From Octopus vulgaris (lineage: Eukaryota), in contig OX597828.1 in the NCBI GenBank assembly GCA_951406725.2, forward strand, positions 39,060,001-39,124,000: DNA of 64,000 bases, given 5' to 3'. Position 1 is the stretch's first letter. Each line of letters begins with the position of its first letter. The notes under the pieces are model-generated. The model was not told the DNA's origin. It did no database searches and saw only the letters and a program-made list of their open reading frames with translations. A program made the position numbers and the translations under genes. This document shows, one piece after another, positions 50,447 through 64,000 of this stretch.

Positions 50447-50749
50447 GTGTGTTCCTTCTCGAGCCACACCTGGCTCATAAGGGCTGGTTTCCCGGGTTTC
50501 CTTGGTGTATAGGTTCCCCACCTGGACAGGACGCCGGTTCGTCGCAGGTGAGCTGCAAGATGCAGGAGGAAAGAGTGAGAGTAAGTTGTGGTGAAAGAGT
50601 CAGCAGAAGTTCGCCATTACCTTCTGCCGGAGCCCCGTGGAGCTTAGGTGTTTCACTCATAAACACACACATCACCCAGTCTGAGATTCGAACCCGTAAT
50701 CCCTCAACCACAAGTCTGCTGCTCTAACCACTAGGCCATGTGCCTCCAC
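50447..50749 (-). mobile_element. SINE with family-B head and body but a different 3' module (V-domain-like)
   Basis: Shares head and body with B up to CACTCTTTC, then continues CCTGCGACGAACCGGCGTCCTGTCCAGG..GGGAAACCAGCCCTTATGAGCC. Confidence 0.75.
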
Positions 50750-51837
50750 ACACTAACACACACTCACACACATACAGAGATATTTTCATATCTAACATCC
50801 TAATTCACCTTCACCTGATTTTGTACCTTTGACTTTCTCCTTCACTTTTGCACCAGAGTATTCTTATCTGTTTATGAGTACATGACCTCTTGTTTTATGA
50901 ATGGGATCTGTTTTATCAAAATACAATTATATATGTGCAGGCATGGTTGTGTAGTAAGTAGTTTGCTTCCCAGCCACATGGTTCTGGGTTCAGTCCTACT
51001 GTGTGACACCTTGGGCAAGTGTTTTTTACTATAGCCTCAAGCTGACCAAGGCCTTGTAAGTGGATTTGGTAGATGGAAACTGAAAGAAGCCTATTTGTTT
51101 GTGTATGTGTGTGTGTTTGTCTCCCACCACTAATTGACAGACAGTGTTGGTGTGTTTATGGCCCCATATCTTAACGATTTGACAAAAGAGACCAGTAGAA
51201 TAAGTACTGGGATTCATTCATTTGACTAAGTTCATTCATCTCTCTAAGTTGGTGCCCCAACATGGCCACAGACTAATGAAATGTAAAACATAAAAAGATC
51301 TTCAAAAGTAGAAAGGAACAAAAGAAAATTTATGCAAAATGAGGACCAAATACATATTACTTTTTACTTTTGTATATATTTATATACAACATTATATACA
51401 TGCTTCTGAACCTGGATCTTGTTCCCAAGAAATAGGCCTTCACCCCCACTGATATATCATTTAATTAAATTATTCAGCTCATGGGCCTCTCAAGCCTTGC
51501 TGATGCAGCATCTGTAGCACCTGTCATAAGATGTAATTTGTTGTGATATGCAGTGTCTCTTGGGCATCTATCAAAACCTGGTGGAGCCCATTCCTCTGAC
51601 CACAGCCACTTCTTTAAGAGAAGGAGAGAGAGAGAGAGAGGTGGAGGTGAGAAGTTTTGACTTATACTTTATATTATTTATCTATCTTGATGGGCTTCAA
51701 GGGCAAAGTCGAACTCAGTGGGATTTCAACTCGGCATGCTGAGGGCCACAATGAATACCAGAAGGTTTTATACCATATTATAAATTAGATACTGCAATGA
51801 CTGTCAATTTGTGTACACACACACACACGTATGTATG

Positions 51838-51995
<158 letters not shown>

Positions 51996-52099
51996 GAGAG
52001 ATAACTGTTCATTGAATGATAGAAGACAGTCTACAGGATCAAATATTTAGTTACAATAGCGTCTATATATATATATATAATAGCGTCAATATATATATA

Positions 52100-52395
52100 T
52101 ATATATTAGAAGAAATGAGGTAATCAGAAGATCGGATGGTTTATATTTACAGATATTTATTTATATATTACATTTTTTACATATATATCATATCACTTAG
52201 ATCATTAGCGCTTTCTCCCATTCTAGTGGGGTTTTCAAATCAAAATAATTCCCACAAAGGAATTATTTTGATTTGAAAACCCCACTAGAATGATCTAAGT
52301 GATATGATATATATGTAAAAAATGTAATATATAAATAAATATCTGTAAATATAAACCATCCGATCTTCTGATTACCTCATTTCTTCTAATATATA
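52100..52395. mobile_element. Near-perfect inverted duplication, probably an inverted Penelope-like terminal repeat in (TA)n
   Basis: Arms 52100-52252 and 52259-52395 are reverse complements apart from one 16-nt indel; 6-nt loop; flanked by (TA)n on both sides. Confidence 0.6.
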
Positions 52396-52420
52396 ATACC
52401 TGTACATCATCTCCAAACCT

Positions 52421-52474
<54 letters not shown>

Positions 52475-54913
52475 TATGTGTAAGGTAGATAGTTCCAGTG
52501 TTTATTATAAGCATATTATATTATTATCATAGTGAATATTTATTATAGTATTTTTTTTTCTCCTGCATATATACACTTAAAATATGTATTTTGTTTTGTA
52601 CTTATTCCTTCATCACCTTTTATATTTTTTTAGTACAATGCTGATTTCCTTCCAAGTAAATATTCCTTCCTTCCTTGTGTTATACATTATTGCTCAACCC
52701 TCTCTTCAGTTTATCTTATAACTTTTCCTAGATATAAACTCTATTATCTGTAAATATTCTCTCATACTTCACTAATTTAAGTTTATTCAGCTGAGTTGTT
52801 GGCATTTACATTTTATCTTTACACGTTTTTGTTTTACTTTTATGTTTTCACTTTTTGGTATTTTTACTTGCTGGTTTAACACTTTTTTCAATATTTTGTT
52901 CCTTTAAATTGCGTAGATAAACTCTGCTAACCCAAAAAACTTTGTTACATTATATCAAACCTCTCCAATGAAACTGATTCTTGTATCTCTCTATGTGTCT
53001 GTTTACCTCACTCTATCCCTTCCTTTCGTAAAGATCAGTGGCCTTATGGTTAGGCTGTTGGACTTACAATCATTGTGGGTTCAGATCTTAGACCAGGCAG
53101 CATGTTGGTCTGTGAGCAAAGTTCTTCATATCATGTTGCTGTCATCTCAACTAATAACGGTTTCAAATTTTGACACAAGGCCAACATGTTTGGGGAGAGG
53201 GTCTAGTTGGTTACATCAACCCCAGTGTGTAACTGGTACTTATTTTATCAACCCTGAAAGGATAGAAGGCAAAGTTGGTCTCTGCAGAATTCGAGCTCAA
53301 AACATAAAGACAAATAAAATACCGCTAAGCATTTTGTCTATCTCCACTAATAATAATAATAATAATAATCCTTTCTTCTATAGGCACAAGGCATGAAATT
53401 TGGGAGGAGGGGGGAGGCCAGTCGATTAGATTGACCCCAGTACACAACTGGTACTAAATTTATTAACTCCAAAAGGACGACAGGCAAAGTCGACCTTCAC
53501 AGAATTTGAACTCAGAATGTAAAGACTATGAAATGCTGCTAAGCATTTTGCTCAGTTTGCTAATGATTCTGCCAGCTTGTCACCTTGCTACTACTAATAA
53601 TAATAACCCTTTCAACTAATCATCATCATCGTTTAATGTCCGCTTTCCATGCTGGTATGGGTTGGACGGTTTGATTGAGGACTGGCGAGCCAGAGGCTGC
53701 ACCAGGCTCTATCTGATCTGGCATTGATGATGATGAACTAAAAGCACAAAACCTGAAATTGGGGTTGGGGTAGCTAGTAGAATACATTGACCCCAGAGTT
53801 TCACTGGTAATTAACTTATCGACCCCGAAAGGATGAAAGGCAAAGTTAACCTCAGCAAAATTTGAACTCAGTAATAATAATGATAATTTTGATAAATAAC
53901 TGATGGACTTTTTAACCAATTTACTCCTTCCCCCCCTCTATTTTTTCTTCCTCCTTCCCCTTTCTGTCTATCATAGTGTAAAAAATATTTGGTTTCCCTG
54001 CATTTAATTTGTGTGCATTTAGCTTTGGTTTGGAGATCTTTGTTGATTAATTGAAACCTTTCTCTTGCAACATCTTCGGCTTCTGGCATTAAAAAATTTC
54101 CTTTTAAAAAAAAATCATTTTTTTTTTCTAACCTTTTAAGGTTTTTAAATAGAGTCAATACAGCAAATACAGCTTGGGGAATAATGAACAGATGTTGTTA
54201 GCATGAATGTGGTGGCACTAGTGAATAAGACCCAGCTCAGTTGATTGTAGACATCTTATAGATGTATGGATTAGCTAATGCCTTTTTTTTTTTTTTTCTT
54301 CAGATAAACTGTGTTATTGTTTATTTGTCAGTTCCTCTGCCCCTTCCCTTATGTCCACGTATCTGTCTGCCTGTCTGTTTGCCTGTAAGTCCTTATGTGA
54401 AGCCGTGTCCATATGTGTATATATTTGCATTTGAGGCATTTTTCTATATGTGTTTGTGTGTGTGTGTGTGTGTGACTGATGTCTGTGTCAGTGTGTGGTG
54501 TATCTGCATATAGACGAATAATGTTGTAAGTATTCTTTCCTCCTTCGGCACTCACATCCAAACATCTAGACAAACACACACACTCACACATGCACAGTAT
54601 AATAGTAGATTACTTGGACAGTTATCTCTTCAATTATCTCTGTAGCTTTAATCAAACAATTCATCCAAATTACTCTCTAGAGTTTTTTAAAAATTCAAAT
54701 ATTCCCACCACCTAACTAGTTTAAGAATCAATAACTATATTTAGTCGTCAGTTTTAATATTGCCCTTAGTCAAATATATTTGGTAGTTATTGATTGTAAT
54801 GATTAAAGCCTCCAATTTACTTCTCAGTTCTCAGTTGTTAAGCAGTATTCAATAATTTGTTTGTACTTTGATGTTTCCCCCCCCCTCCCCACCACCTTTT
54901 TCTTTTATGATTA

Positions 54914-55039
54914 CAGTAATGCCTTGATATACGAGTTAATCCATTCCTGGAGAATGCTTGTAAAGTGGAAACTCGTAAACAGAAAATAAAACTTGTAAAA
55001 ACTCGTAAACCTGGGGTCTCCTAAAGTGAGATATTACTG
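54914..55039. mobile_element. pogo/Tigger-like MITE
   Basis: TA TSDs; TIRs CAGTAATGCCTTG.. / ..GTGAGATATTACTG. Confidence 0.65.
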
Positions 55040-55204
55040 TATGTTTATGAAAACTTATGAATTTCCTTTCTTGTTTTCCAAGTTCAGAATTCTTCTGGAG
55101 TTGATTTTAATTCTTTTTTAATTTATTTTTTATACCTTCTGCTTTTTTTTTTCCTAATTTGATAAAATAAATACCAGTCGCTGGAGTGGCTGTGTGATAA
55201 ATAC

Positions 55205-55594
55205 CAGGCACAGGTGTGGCTGTGTGGTAAGTAGCTTGCTTACCAACCACATGGTTCCGGGTTCAGTCCCACTGCGTGGCATCTTAGGCAAGTGTCTTCT
55301 ACTATGGCCTCGGGCTGACCAAAGCCTTCTGAGTGGATTTGGTAGATGGTAACTGAAAGAAGCCCGTCGTATATATGTATATATACATGTGTGTCTGTGT
55401 TTGTCCCCCTAGCATTGCTTGACAACCGATGCTGGTGTGTTTATGTCTCAGTCATTTAGCGGTTCGGCTAAAGAGACCGATAGAATAAGTACTAGGCTTA
55501 CAAAGAATAAGTTCCGGGGTCGATTTGCTCGACTAAAGGCAGTGCTCCAGCATGGCCACAATCAAATGACTGAAACAATTAAAAGAGTAAAGAG
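55205..55594 (+). mobile_element. Family-A SINE
   Basis: Homologous to the 43501 copy. Further copies at ~4404-4725(-), 8891-9040(-), 15368-15473(-), 15725-15890, 23053-23441, 33560-33890(-), 37380-37700(-), 42176-42330(-), 47520-48232, 50040-50403(-) and 50935-51298. Confidence 0.85.
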
Positions 55595-56093
55595 TCAAAA
55601 ACTGGGATTAATTTCTGAATTATGATCCCCTTCTTTGTGACCATTCATCACTCAGAGACACAAAAAGTGGTATTTCTTTTAAATTATATGATTAGTGAGT
55701 GCCAGTATCCATTGGGTTGATGCAGCCCCTATAAAGACTTAGCCTGTACATCTAGGGCACATTGTGCTGGAGTAACCTCTCTCCAAGTTATAGCCCCAGA
55801 GCAAAATCATTGCCGTTAGCTCTATTTATAGAATGTCATTTCGATGACATTGTCTCTTGTGAAAAGGGTGGGTGTGTGAATGCTTACATTTTGTGCATAA
55901 CTTGGGGGGGGGGGCACTGAATTACAAATGGTGAAGTTTGATGTCATTCATTGCAAGCAAATTGTCTGCAAGCTCTGCTTTCAAAGACATGGGATAAAAA
56001 TCCCTTTTTTTGAAAAAGAAGTAATGGTTAGTGACAGAAAGGGTATCCAGCTGTAAAACAATGTCTCAGTAATATGTATTTGTAAATATGTAA

Positions 56094-56324
56094 AAGGCAG
56101 CGAGCTGGCAGAAACGTTAGCACCCCGGGCGAAGTGCTTAGCGGTATTTCGTCTGCCGTTATGTTCTGAGTTCAAATTCCGCCAAGGTCAACTTTGCCTT
56201 TCATCCTTTCAGGGTCGATAAATTAAACACCAGTTACGCACTGGGATCGACGTAATCAACTTAATCCCTTTGTCTGTCCTTGTTTGTCCCCTCTATGTTT
56301 AGCCCCTTATGGGCAATAAAGAAA
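56094..56324 (+). mobile_element. Young family-C SINE (tail variant 2), nested in a family-D element
   Basis: 14-bp direct repeat TAATATGTATTTGT (56070-56083, 56325-56338). Minus-strand sister copy 59333-59565 has TSD TGCA(C/T)AATTCTT. Confidence 0.85.
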
Positions 56325-56873
56325 TAATATGTATTTGTCTAACCCATGGTAGCATGGAAAAAGGTAGCTAAAACAAACACACACAGACACATACATGGAT
56401 TTATGCAGCTTAAAGTTGTTTCAACCAACTTAAAAGCTCTTTTTTCCCAATATGCCAATCACTACCAATTGTTATTGCTGTTAATGTACCAGTTGTTAGC
56501 AACATTATTATTGCTATTAACTGCCACAAATCATATATTCCTACTCTATACTTGTTTAAAACTACTCCTGTCCATTAGCAACCATTTCGTGTCCTTCTAG
56601 TCTTTTATTAATAGTATCCAATCGATTGGCTGATTGTCTGATCAGTACATGCTGTGGGAAGCCATTCCATAATATCATGACATTTTCAACTTCAATAGCT
56701 GCCTGGTTCTTCAGCATGGCAGATCTTCCAGCGGAAGACATCCAACTGTAATCTCTGACTGCCAGTAGGAAGGTCAATCAAGGGTGCATTGACTGGTTGG
56801 AGCTGAGATTGCTAACAATGTGACGTAGTTGTTTTCATGGAATTCAAATAGAATCAAGCAATCTTGCTTATTG

Positions 56874-56917
<44 letters not shown>

Positions 56918-57839
56918 TGTGTGTGTGTTGTCCATGTGTTTATGGATGAATATATCTACAATGTGAAAATGTGTGTGTATGTATATATGCATATGTGTAA
57001 TGGCTAAAGTTTTTTTAATAAAAAAAAAAGGATTAGAATAGATTGCAGTTATTTTCTTTCTTCTTTTTATATATAGTTATTTTGATAAGAATGAAGGACC
57101 TTTCTCTATACTTTACTTTTTGCCTAAAATTTCCATAATTCATATAAAGTTTGATTGAATTTATTTCTATAGGATGTATTTTTTTTGTGATTTCAAAACA
57201 CAATAGTCTCCAATCCATCTCACATGCACTTTACATTAAGGAAACATTAAATAAATATTTCCTTGTCTCATGATGACTTATTAAGCTGGAGCCCATCTCT
57301 AGTTTTTGTGGTTGTTTGAAGCAATTTGCAGAGTTTATTCCCAGATAGGAAACTAGGAAGGCTAGAAAAGTCAACTTGGGGACATCTTTGTAGTCACTTA
57401 GCCACCTAGAAATAACACCCAACCTTCCTTTAAATCACAACTATCATTATAAATAAGACACATATTGGATAATATGGTCAAGATATATTATGTCTGAAGA
57501 AAATATAGAATGGATGGTTGTGGCTGGAATACCTTTGCTCATAAGTCTGTTTGTTCAAGGCTGACTCAGAGCAAACTACAACAGTAACTAGGGAAGCTAT
57601 GTCAGGTTAAATTTCCAATTTGAAGAATCCTTATTTGTTAGTTATATAAAATGCTGCAAACATATTTAAGTGACTTAATTAGGAAGAAAAACAACTATAA
57701 AATAGAATATAAGAACACAACCCTGTCTACTGGGACATCATTATATAAACTCTGTAAATTTACAACTCATCTATTAGTAGTCATGGTTATGGTTATTTTC
57801 TCCAAGTCTGTTTATGTATTAATGCATCCGAGGCAGAGC

Positions 57840-58120
57840 GAAGGTGAGCTGGAAGAAGAAATGGGCATTAAAAAGTATTAATGCAAAAGTAAAGAGGAGA
57901 GTGAGAGAGGTGGGAGGCTGCACTGATATGGTCATGTGATGTGAGCAGACAGAGTGTGTGCTGAGTTGCAAAACAACTGTGTGCGTCTGTCAGTAGAAGG
58001 ATCCTTGTGGCAGAGAAATGTCAAGAAAATGTGTGTAAATGTGATATGGTCAGATTTTAGGTTGGGTTAAATAGACAAGAAGCTTACATGAGAAAATGGA
58101 TGTTATCTTAATGATGATGA
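57840..58120 (+). mobile_element. Decayed RTE-clade LINE 3' fragment
   Basis: Reads ELEEEMGIK..RLH*YGHVM, matching the RTE C-terminal RLRWYGHVMR motif; ends in a (GAT)n tail. Confidence 0.6.
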
Positions 58121-60313
58121 GGATGGTTGAGTTATAGTTACGACATATTCCATCATTTTTTTTTTTTTTGCTTCCTTAGACATTACATTATCCTCTGTGA
58201 TCTGAAGGAGATTTAGCTGCTATTTTTAGCCAGTCAAGTGAAGTCAGGTACCTTATGCATTATGTTATGTGGCATAATGAATTATTTTTCTGACTATGGA
58301 CTGGAAAATTGTGAGTTCAACTCTGGTTTGGGCTACCTGTTACATTGCTTCAATGTTGCTTTTGTTTATTAGCCTCAGATCAATGTTGACCATATGGACT
58401 TGTGATCTGATGTATTCCAGTCATGACCATCTCCCCACTCCTTTTTTTTTAGTATATCTTGAGACTACGTTATTTAATTTGTCTTTTTCTCTAAGATCAT
58501 GTAGCCTGATTCAAAGGAAATTCAATTTCTATTTCTTGAATGATCACACACAATCTATCTTCTTGGTTCTTTTGAGTTCACCCACAAAGCTTTCACCAGT
58601 TTCATGCTATAAAAGAAGACCCTCGCCCAAGCTGTTGTGCAGTGGGACTGAAACTCACCTGTGATTGGGAATCAAGCTTCTTAACCACATACCTGCTCAT
58701 TATATGTGTCATGACAGATTGCTAGCCACTACACATTCTTTATTTTCTTTCTGTGTTCCTTTCTGAGGAAGAGCATAGGCTCGAAACATTAAAGACTTTT
58801 TCACTTCCCAAGCGTTATACTAATACATCTGTTTGTTGTCTACACCACTTGTCTTCGTCTTTTGTTTTTTAGTGAATTCTCCCTATATATATATGTGTGT
58901 GTGTGTGTGTATTTATATGTGTGTGTGTATTTATATGTGTGTGTGTATTTATATATGTGTGTGTGTGTGTATTTATATATGTGTGTGTATGTATATATGT
59001 GTGTGTGTATATGTGTATGTATGTGTGTGTGTGTATAGCATTTTACCAAATGATCTGCACAAATGATTTGCTTATAGTGATCGAATGTTCATGCTGCACA
59101 TTAGTTCACTCTCTCCATTAAATTAATGTGGTCTGAACCATGTGTCAGTTGTTGAAGTGATCGCAGAGTGATGCGAGATGAAGTGTTTTGTTCAAGAACA
59201 CAATGCACCGCCCATTCTAGGAATTGAAATCACAATCACTAGATTATGAGTGCAACACCCTAACCACTAGACCATGTGCCCTCACTGTATATATGCTCAG
59301 ACACACACATAATGGTCTTCTGCACAATTCTTATTTCTTTATTGCCCACAAGGGGCTAAGCATAGAGGGGACAAACATGGACAGGCAAAGGGATTAAGTT
59401 GATTACATTGACTCCAGTGCGTAACTGGTACTTAATTTATTGACTCCGAAAAGATGAAAGGCAAAGTCGACCTCGGTGGAATTTGAACTCAGAACGTAGC
59501 GGCAGACGAAATACCGCTAAGCATTTTGCCCGGCGTGCTAACGTTTCTGCCAGCTAGCCGCCTTTTGCATAATTCTTGTCTGGCAAATTCCATTGACAAA
59601 GCCCCATGCTGTGAAACAAGGTATTCGCATAGGTTACTACATACACTGTGATTGCAAGTAAACTTCCTTTCTTTACACAGTCGTCATGTCTGTGTTCAGT
59701 TTTGGCTGTTATTTCTATCAGGCTGGACAATCATGTGGATAGCAGCTCCCTTGTTTGCTCACCATCCCCTGTTATTCACACTTGTGTTGCAACACTCCTG
59801 TGTTTTATTTGATTTCTTTATGATGATGATGATGATGACGATGATGACGTTGTGGTGGTGGTGGTGGTGGTGAATGCTGGTTCTGACTATTTGTCATCAG
59901 CTGCACCTCTAAGATATGTGGAATCACATTCTAAAGTCGCATTCCACCTCTTAAGATACATGGCTTTTTGTTGGCAGATAATGATAGATGGAAACCCCTT
60001 TATTTGTATTTGGAAACAGATGGGTCCTTTGCTCTATTGTTACTGTTATTATTCTTATTATTAGTACTACTAGGTGCTCTTTTTCTCTCTCTCTCTCCCT
60101 TCCTCCTCTCCCCCTTTCTCTCTCTCTCTCTCTCTCTCTCACACATGCACACACATGTGGGACTGATTGCTAATAAATATATATGCACACACAATATACA
60201 TTCCCGACATGCAGGATCTGTGATGCCAAAAAAAAAAAGGGAAAGAAAGAGGAACAGTCCAACTGCCATTCCACATGTATCGATAACAACAGAAAGTTAT
60301 CTGTAGAAGGCTC

Positions 60314-60344
<31 letters not shown>

Positions 60345-60649
60345 CTTATGTATCTGCGTATGTGCTTGTTTGTTAGACGTGGAGATGACAATTTTCTGAT
60401 GTAATATTTCTTTTCTCTAGCAGTGTCAGCATATGTGAAATGACATTTCCAGAAATCATTACTCATAACTCTTAGCTAAAAGAAGGAAATTTGATGTTTT
60501 ATTCATCAAGCTTTCCATTTTAGCTTTGTATTCTCATTCTCTCTCTTCCTCCTCCCTCCCTCCCTCTCCACCTCTTGCACCCACTCACTCCCTCTCTCTC
60601 ACACTTCACCTCTTACACCCTCTCTCTCTCATAAATGTGTGTGGGTATG

Positions 60650-61175
<526 letters not shown>

Positions 61176-61645
61176 TTCAGACAGAGACAGAGTGAGGGAG
61201 CAATCACTTTTCCTATTTTCTCATTCAAAATACCGAAGATAATGAATTTTTTTTCCTTTCTCATTTTCTTTCTTTTATTCTTTCCTTTTTCTTTCATCAT
61301 TGTCTCTATCACCTTTGAATATTGTTGCTGTTGTTGTTGTTTAAGCTGGCATTTTATTATTTCAGCCCCACCTTCCCCATCCGAAAAACTTCCCACCCCT
61401 ATCTTTCTGCAAAAGGAGGTATTTTTTTCCTCTCGCTCTTTGCTTCTCCTTCTTCTCCGTACCTTTCCTCATTTTTTTCACATTTTTCAAGCTTTTTCTT
61501 TGCTACTCTTTGTTTTATATACGCACAAACGCATATATATACATACACACCCATGTATATGTATGTATGTGTATATATATATAGACACACACACACACAC
61601 ACACATATATATACATACACATATATATATATATACACACACATG

Positions 61646-61678
<33 letters not shown>

Positions 61679-61889
61679 GTATGTATATAATGTGTGTGTG
61701 TATATATATGTCTATACATACATATGTATATATATATATGCACATATGTATATATTCGTTAAACGATGATGATGATACATGTATATGTATATACATGTGT
61801 GTGTGTGTATATATATATAATTTTCTTTTTCTTTAGAGAATATTTATCTACAATCAGCCTTGTGATTAGTTGCTCTCTATACTCAGCAT

Positions 61890-62095
61890 GACCACTTCCA
61901 CCACCACCACCACAATCAACACTACAAGTACTATCACTGCCAAAAACCACCACTGCCATCAACACCGCTATCACCACCACCACCATTGCCCCTCTCACCA
62001 CCATCACCACCATCACCACCACAACCACCACCACCACCATCACTGCCAACACTCCACCGCCGCCGTCACCCTTGTCACCCACTCATCATCACTCT
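61890..62095. repeat. (CAC/CAT)n low-complexity tract; similar tracts at 40520-40655 and 40985-41060
   Basis: Directly visible trinucleotide repeats. Confidence 0.92.
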
Positions 62096-62958
62096 TGCTA
62101 GCTCTACCCACGACCATCAACACCTAAGTGGAACTGAGTTGATTGATTCAAAAATGTATCTTGATTATTAAAACCTTTCTCTAGGTTTTCTTTTGTTTTT
62201 TTCTGCATATACTTCCAGCTTTTAGCAGTGTTTTTTACCCCCACCCCACCCTCACCCATCCCCCTTCTTTTCCATTCCATCTTTCCTTCAATTCTTCTTT
62301 CAACTCTGATGAAGGTTTTTTGCATTGTGTTGGGTCTCTCCCCCCCTCCCTCCCCATTTCATTTCATTTTTATACAATGCAAATTGCTGAATCTTTAATA
62401 CACAACATAATTAGAGGTGTGTGTGTGTGTATGCACCTCTGTTTGTATGTGTGTGGATGTGGGACGTGGTGAACAAACATGAAATAGGAAGACTCCACTC
62501 CCCCACAAGGCAAAACAAAAAAAAAACCCTTACATTTAGTGTAATTATTTGTTGTACTTGTCAATGTGAATTAAGTACATAAAGAATACACACACACACA
62601 CTCACACGCACACACATACACACTCATGTATGTAAGTATGCTTATAGGCATGGGAAAATATATATAGATAGATAGATAGATATACTTAAATTCATATACA
62701 TTTATGCATACTTATGTCCTTACATATATTTGCATATATATACACACACGTACACATTCATATGAGTAAGGAATTATTGCTTTAATCAATGCTGTCTTAA
62801 TGAAGCCATTGTTTTCTTGGATTTTTACATTAAAAAATTTTGTTTTCCCTTTTCTTTTGGTGGAAGTTTCATTATCACTTAGGAATTAACGAAGGACGAA
62901 GACTTGCAAATTAAAAGCATCAAGTGCTGCCTTGCAAAATATGGCACAAATATTCAAC

Positions 62959-62960
<2 letters not shown>

Positions 62961-63006
<46 letters not shown>

Positions 63007-63215
63007 TATAGTGTATGGCAATGAATATATATATATATGTGTATATATATATATATATTATATAGTGTATGGCAATGAATATATATATATGTGTATATAT
63101 ATATATATATATATTATATAGTGTATGGCAATGAATATATATATATGTGTATATATATATATACATATATTATATATAGTGTATGGCAATGAATATATAT
63201 ATGTGTGTATATACA
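62961..63215. repeat. (TA)n-derived minisatellite, four units of ~54-58 bp
   Basis: GTGTATGGCAATGAATA recurs at 63011, 63065, 63121 and 63179, separated by variable (TA)n. Confidence 0.92.
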
Positions 63216-63320
63216 CACACACACACACATATACACATATATACATGTATGTATTATATATAGTGTATGAATATGTATATGGATGTGTGTGTGTGTACAT
63301 CAATATGTAGAACATTAATG

Positions 63321-63816
63321 CAGTGGTTCTCAAACTGGGGTCTGCAATCCCCTAGGAGACCGCAAAGTGATTTTAGGGAAACTGCAAAGGGACACTGAAG
63401 TATCGTGAAAACAAGGGTGACTTGAGACAGTTAAGTTAAAAAATTTCAAGACTTTCAATTTTTAACATGCTATCAGCCTTTTTTGTTGTTGGCCTCAAAA
63501 CCCTACAACACTCCTACACACTCATTTGCTAGTCACACTTGTTGTACAAGTGTGATTGGTTTATAGAAAATATGTGGGCATAACGGTTGATTGTGTATGT
63601 GCTGTCGGTATTTTTCATTTTTCATTTGCTTTGTAACCAATTGATCAACGGATTCCCCATATTTTCATGTGCATTTATTGTATCGCAATGGGGGCATTGC
63701 CTGGATTAAGTTGTGGTTTTCAGGGTTGCAGGTCTTTTTATAGGGGACCATGAATCATCGAAAAAACTATAAGGGGACTGGTACGTAAACTTTTTTGAGA
63801 AGTTTGAGAACTGCTG
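63321..63816. mobile_element. hAT (Charlie/Buster-like) MITE
   Basis: TIRs CAGTGGTTCTCAAACT / AGTTTGAGAACTGCTG; 8-bp TSD CATTAATG / GATTAATG. Confidence 0.8.
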
Positions 63817-64000
63817 GATTAATGAGAAATGTTACTGGTTAACTACAGACTGAACTAATTAAATTTGGTAGAGTGAATAGATTGATGTAGTTAGGGGGTT
63901 AGTCCTGGAAAACTATTGTGGAGCCACATTGTTCCAGATCTAAAAATTGAATTTAGCAATGAAAAACTAGACTGAAAAAATAAAGTCATCTGGGGAGGCT

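Noticed and set aside
54304-54340. Strong polypyrimidine acceptor as a candidate USP3 exon 4
   Set aside because: Splicing to exon 3 gives an immediate stop and there is no YxCDxFV-like motif; exon 4 was not found in the window.
56562-56830. Non-repetitive, moderately GC-rich stretch with short ORFs on both strands
   Set aside because: No recognisable domain or convincing splice-site pair; a call cannot be supported without a homology search.

Overview
AT-rich, repeat-dense eukaryotic genomic DNA. The SINE families, microsatellites and giant introns point to a coleoid cephalopod, most likely Octopus; this is recognition, not a database result. None of the supplied ORFs is a convincing gene. 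The real coding signal is two small spliced exons on the + strand, 8572-8632 and 43995-44087. They splice in frame (..VCKTEKSPWICLCCGVVNCGR|YVNGHARKHQEEDNARAHSVCMDCDSYSAFC..) and encode the ZnF-UBP domain of a USP3-like deubiquitinase across a 35.4-kb intron; exon 1 and exon 4 were not found in the window. The introns hold several tRNA-derived SINE families, a decayed DD37D (maT) Tc1/mariner element, hAT, pogo, piggyBac-like and Merlin/MULE-like MITEs, a non-autonomous Helitron, a Helentron-type element, Penelope-like and RTE fragments, and many micro/minisatellites. The most interesting signal is an abundant ~200-bp retroposon ('family E', about 25 copies, often head-to-tail) with no tRNA head, whose 5' end can be folded into an HDV-like nested double-pseudoknot ribozyme. 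Other leads are a CpG boundary at ~18 kb with a possible internal promoter, a candidate 18-nt microexon inside an RNA structure, long foldback elements, a templated inverted insertion and modular SINE shuffling. Boundaries of degenerate repeats are approximate.
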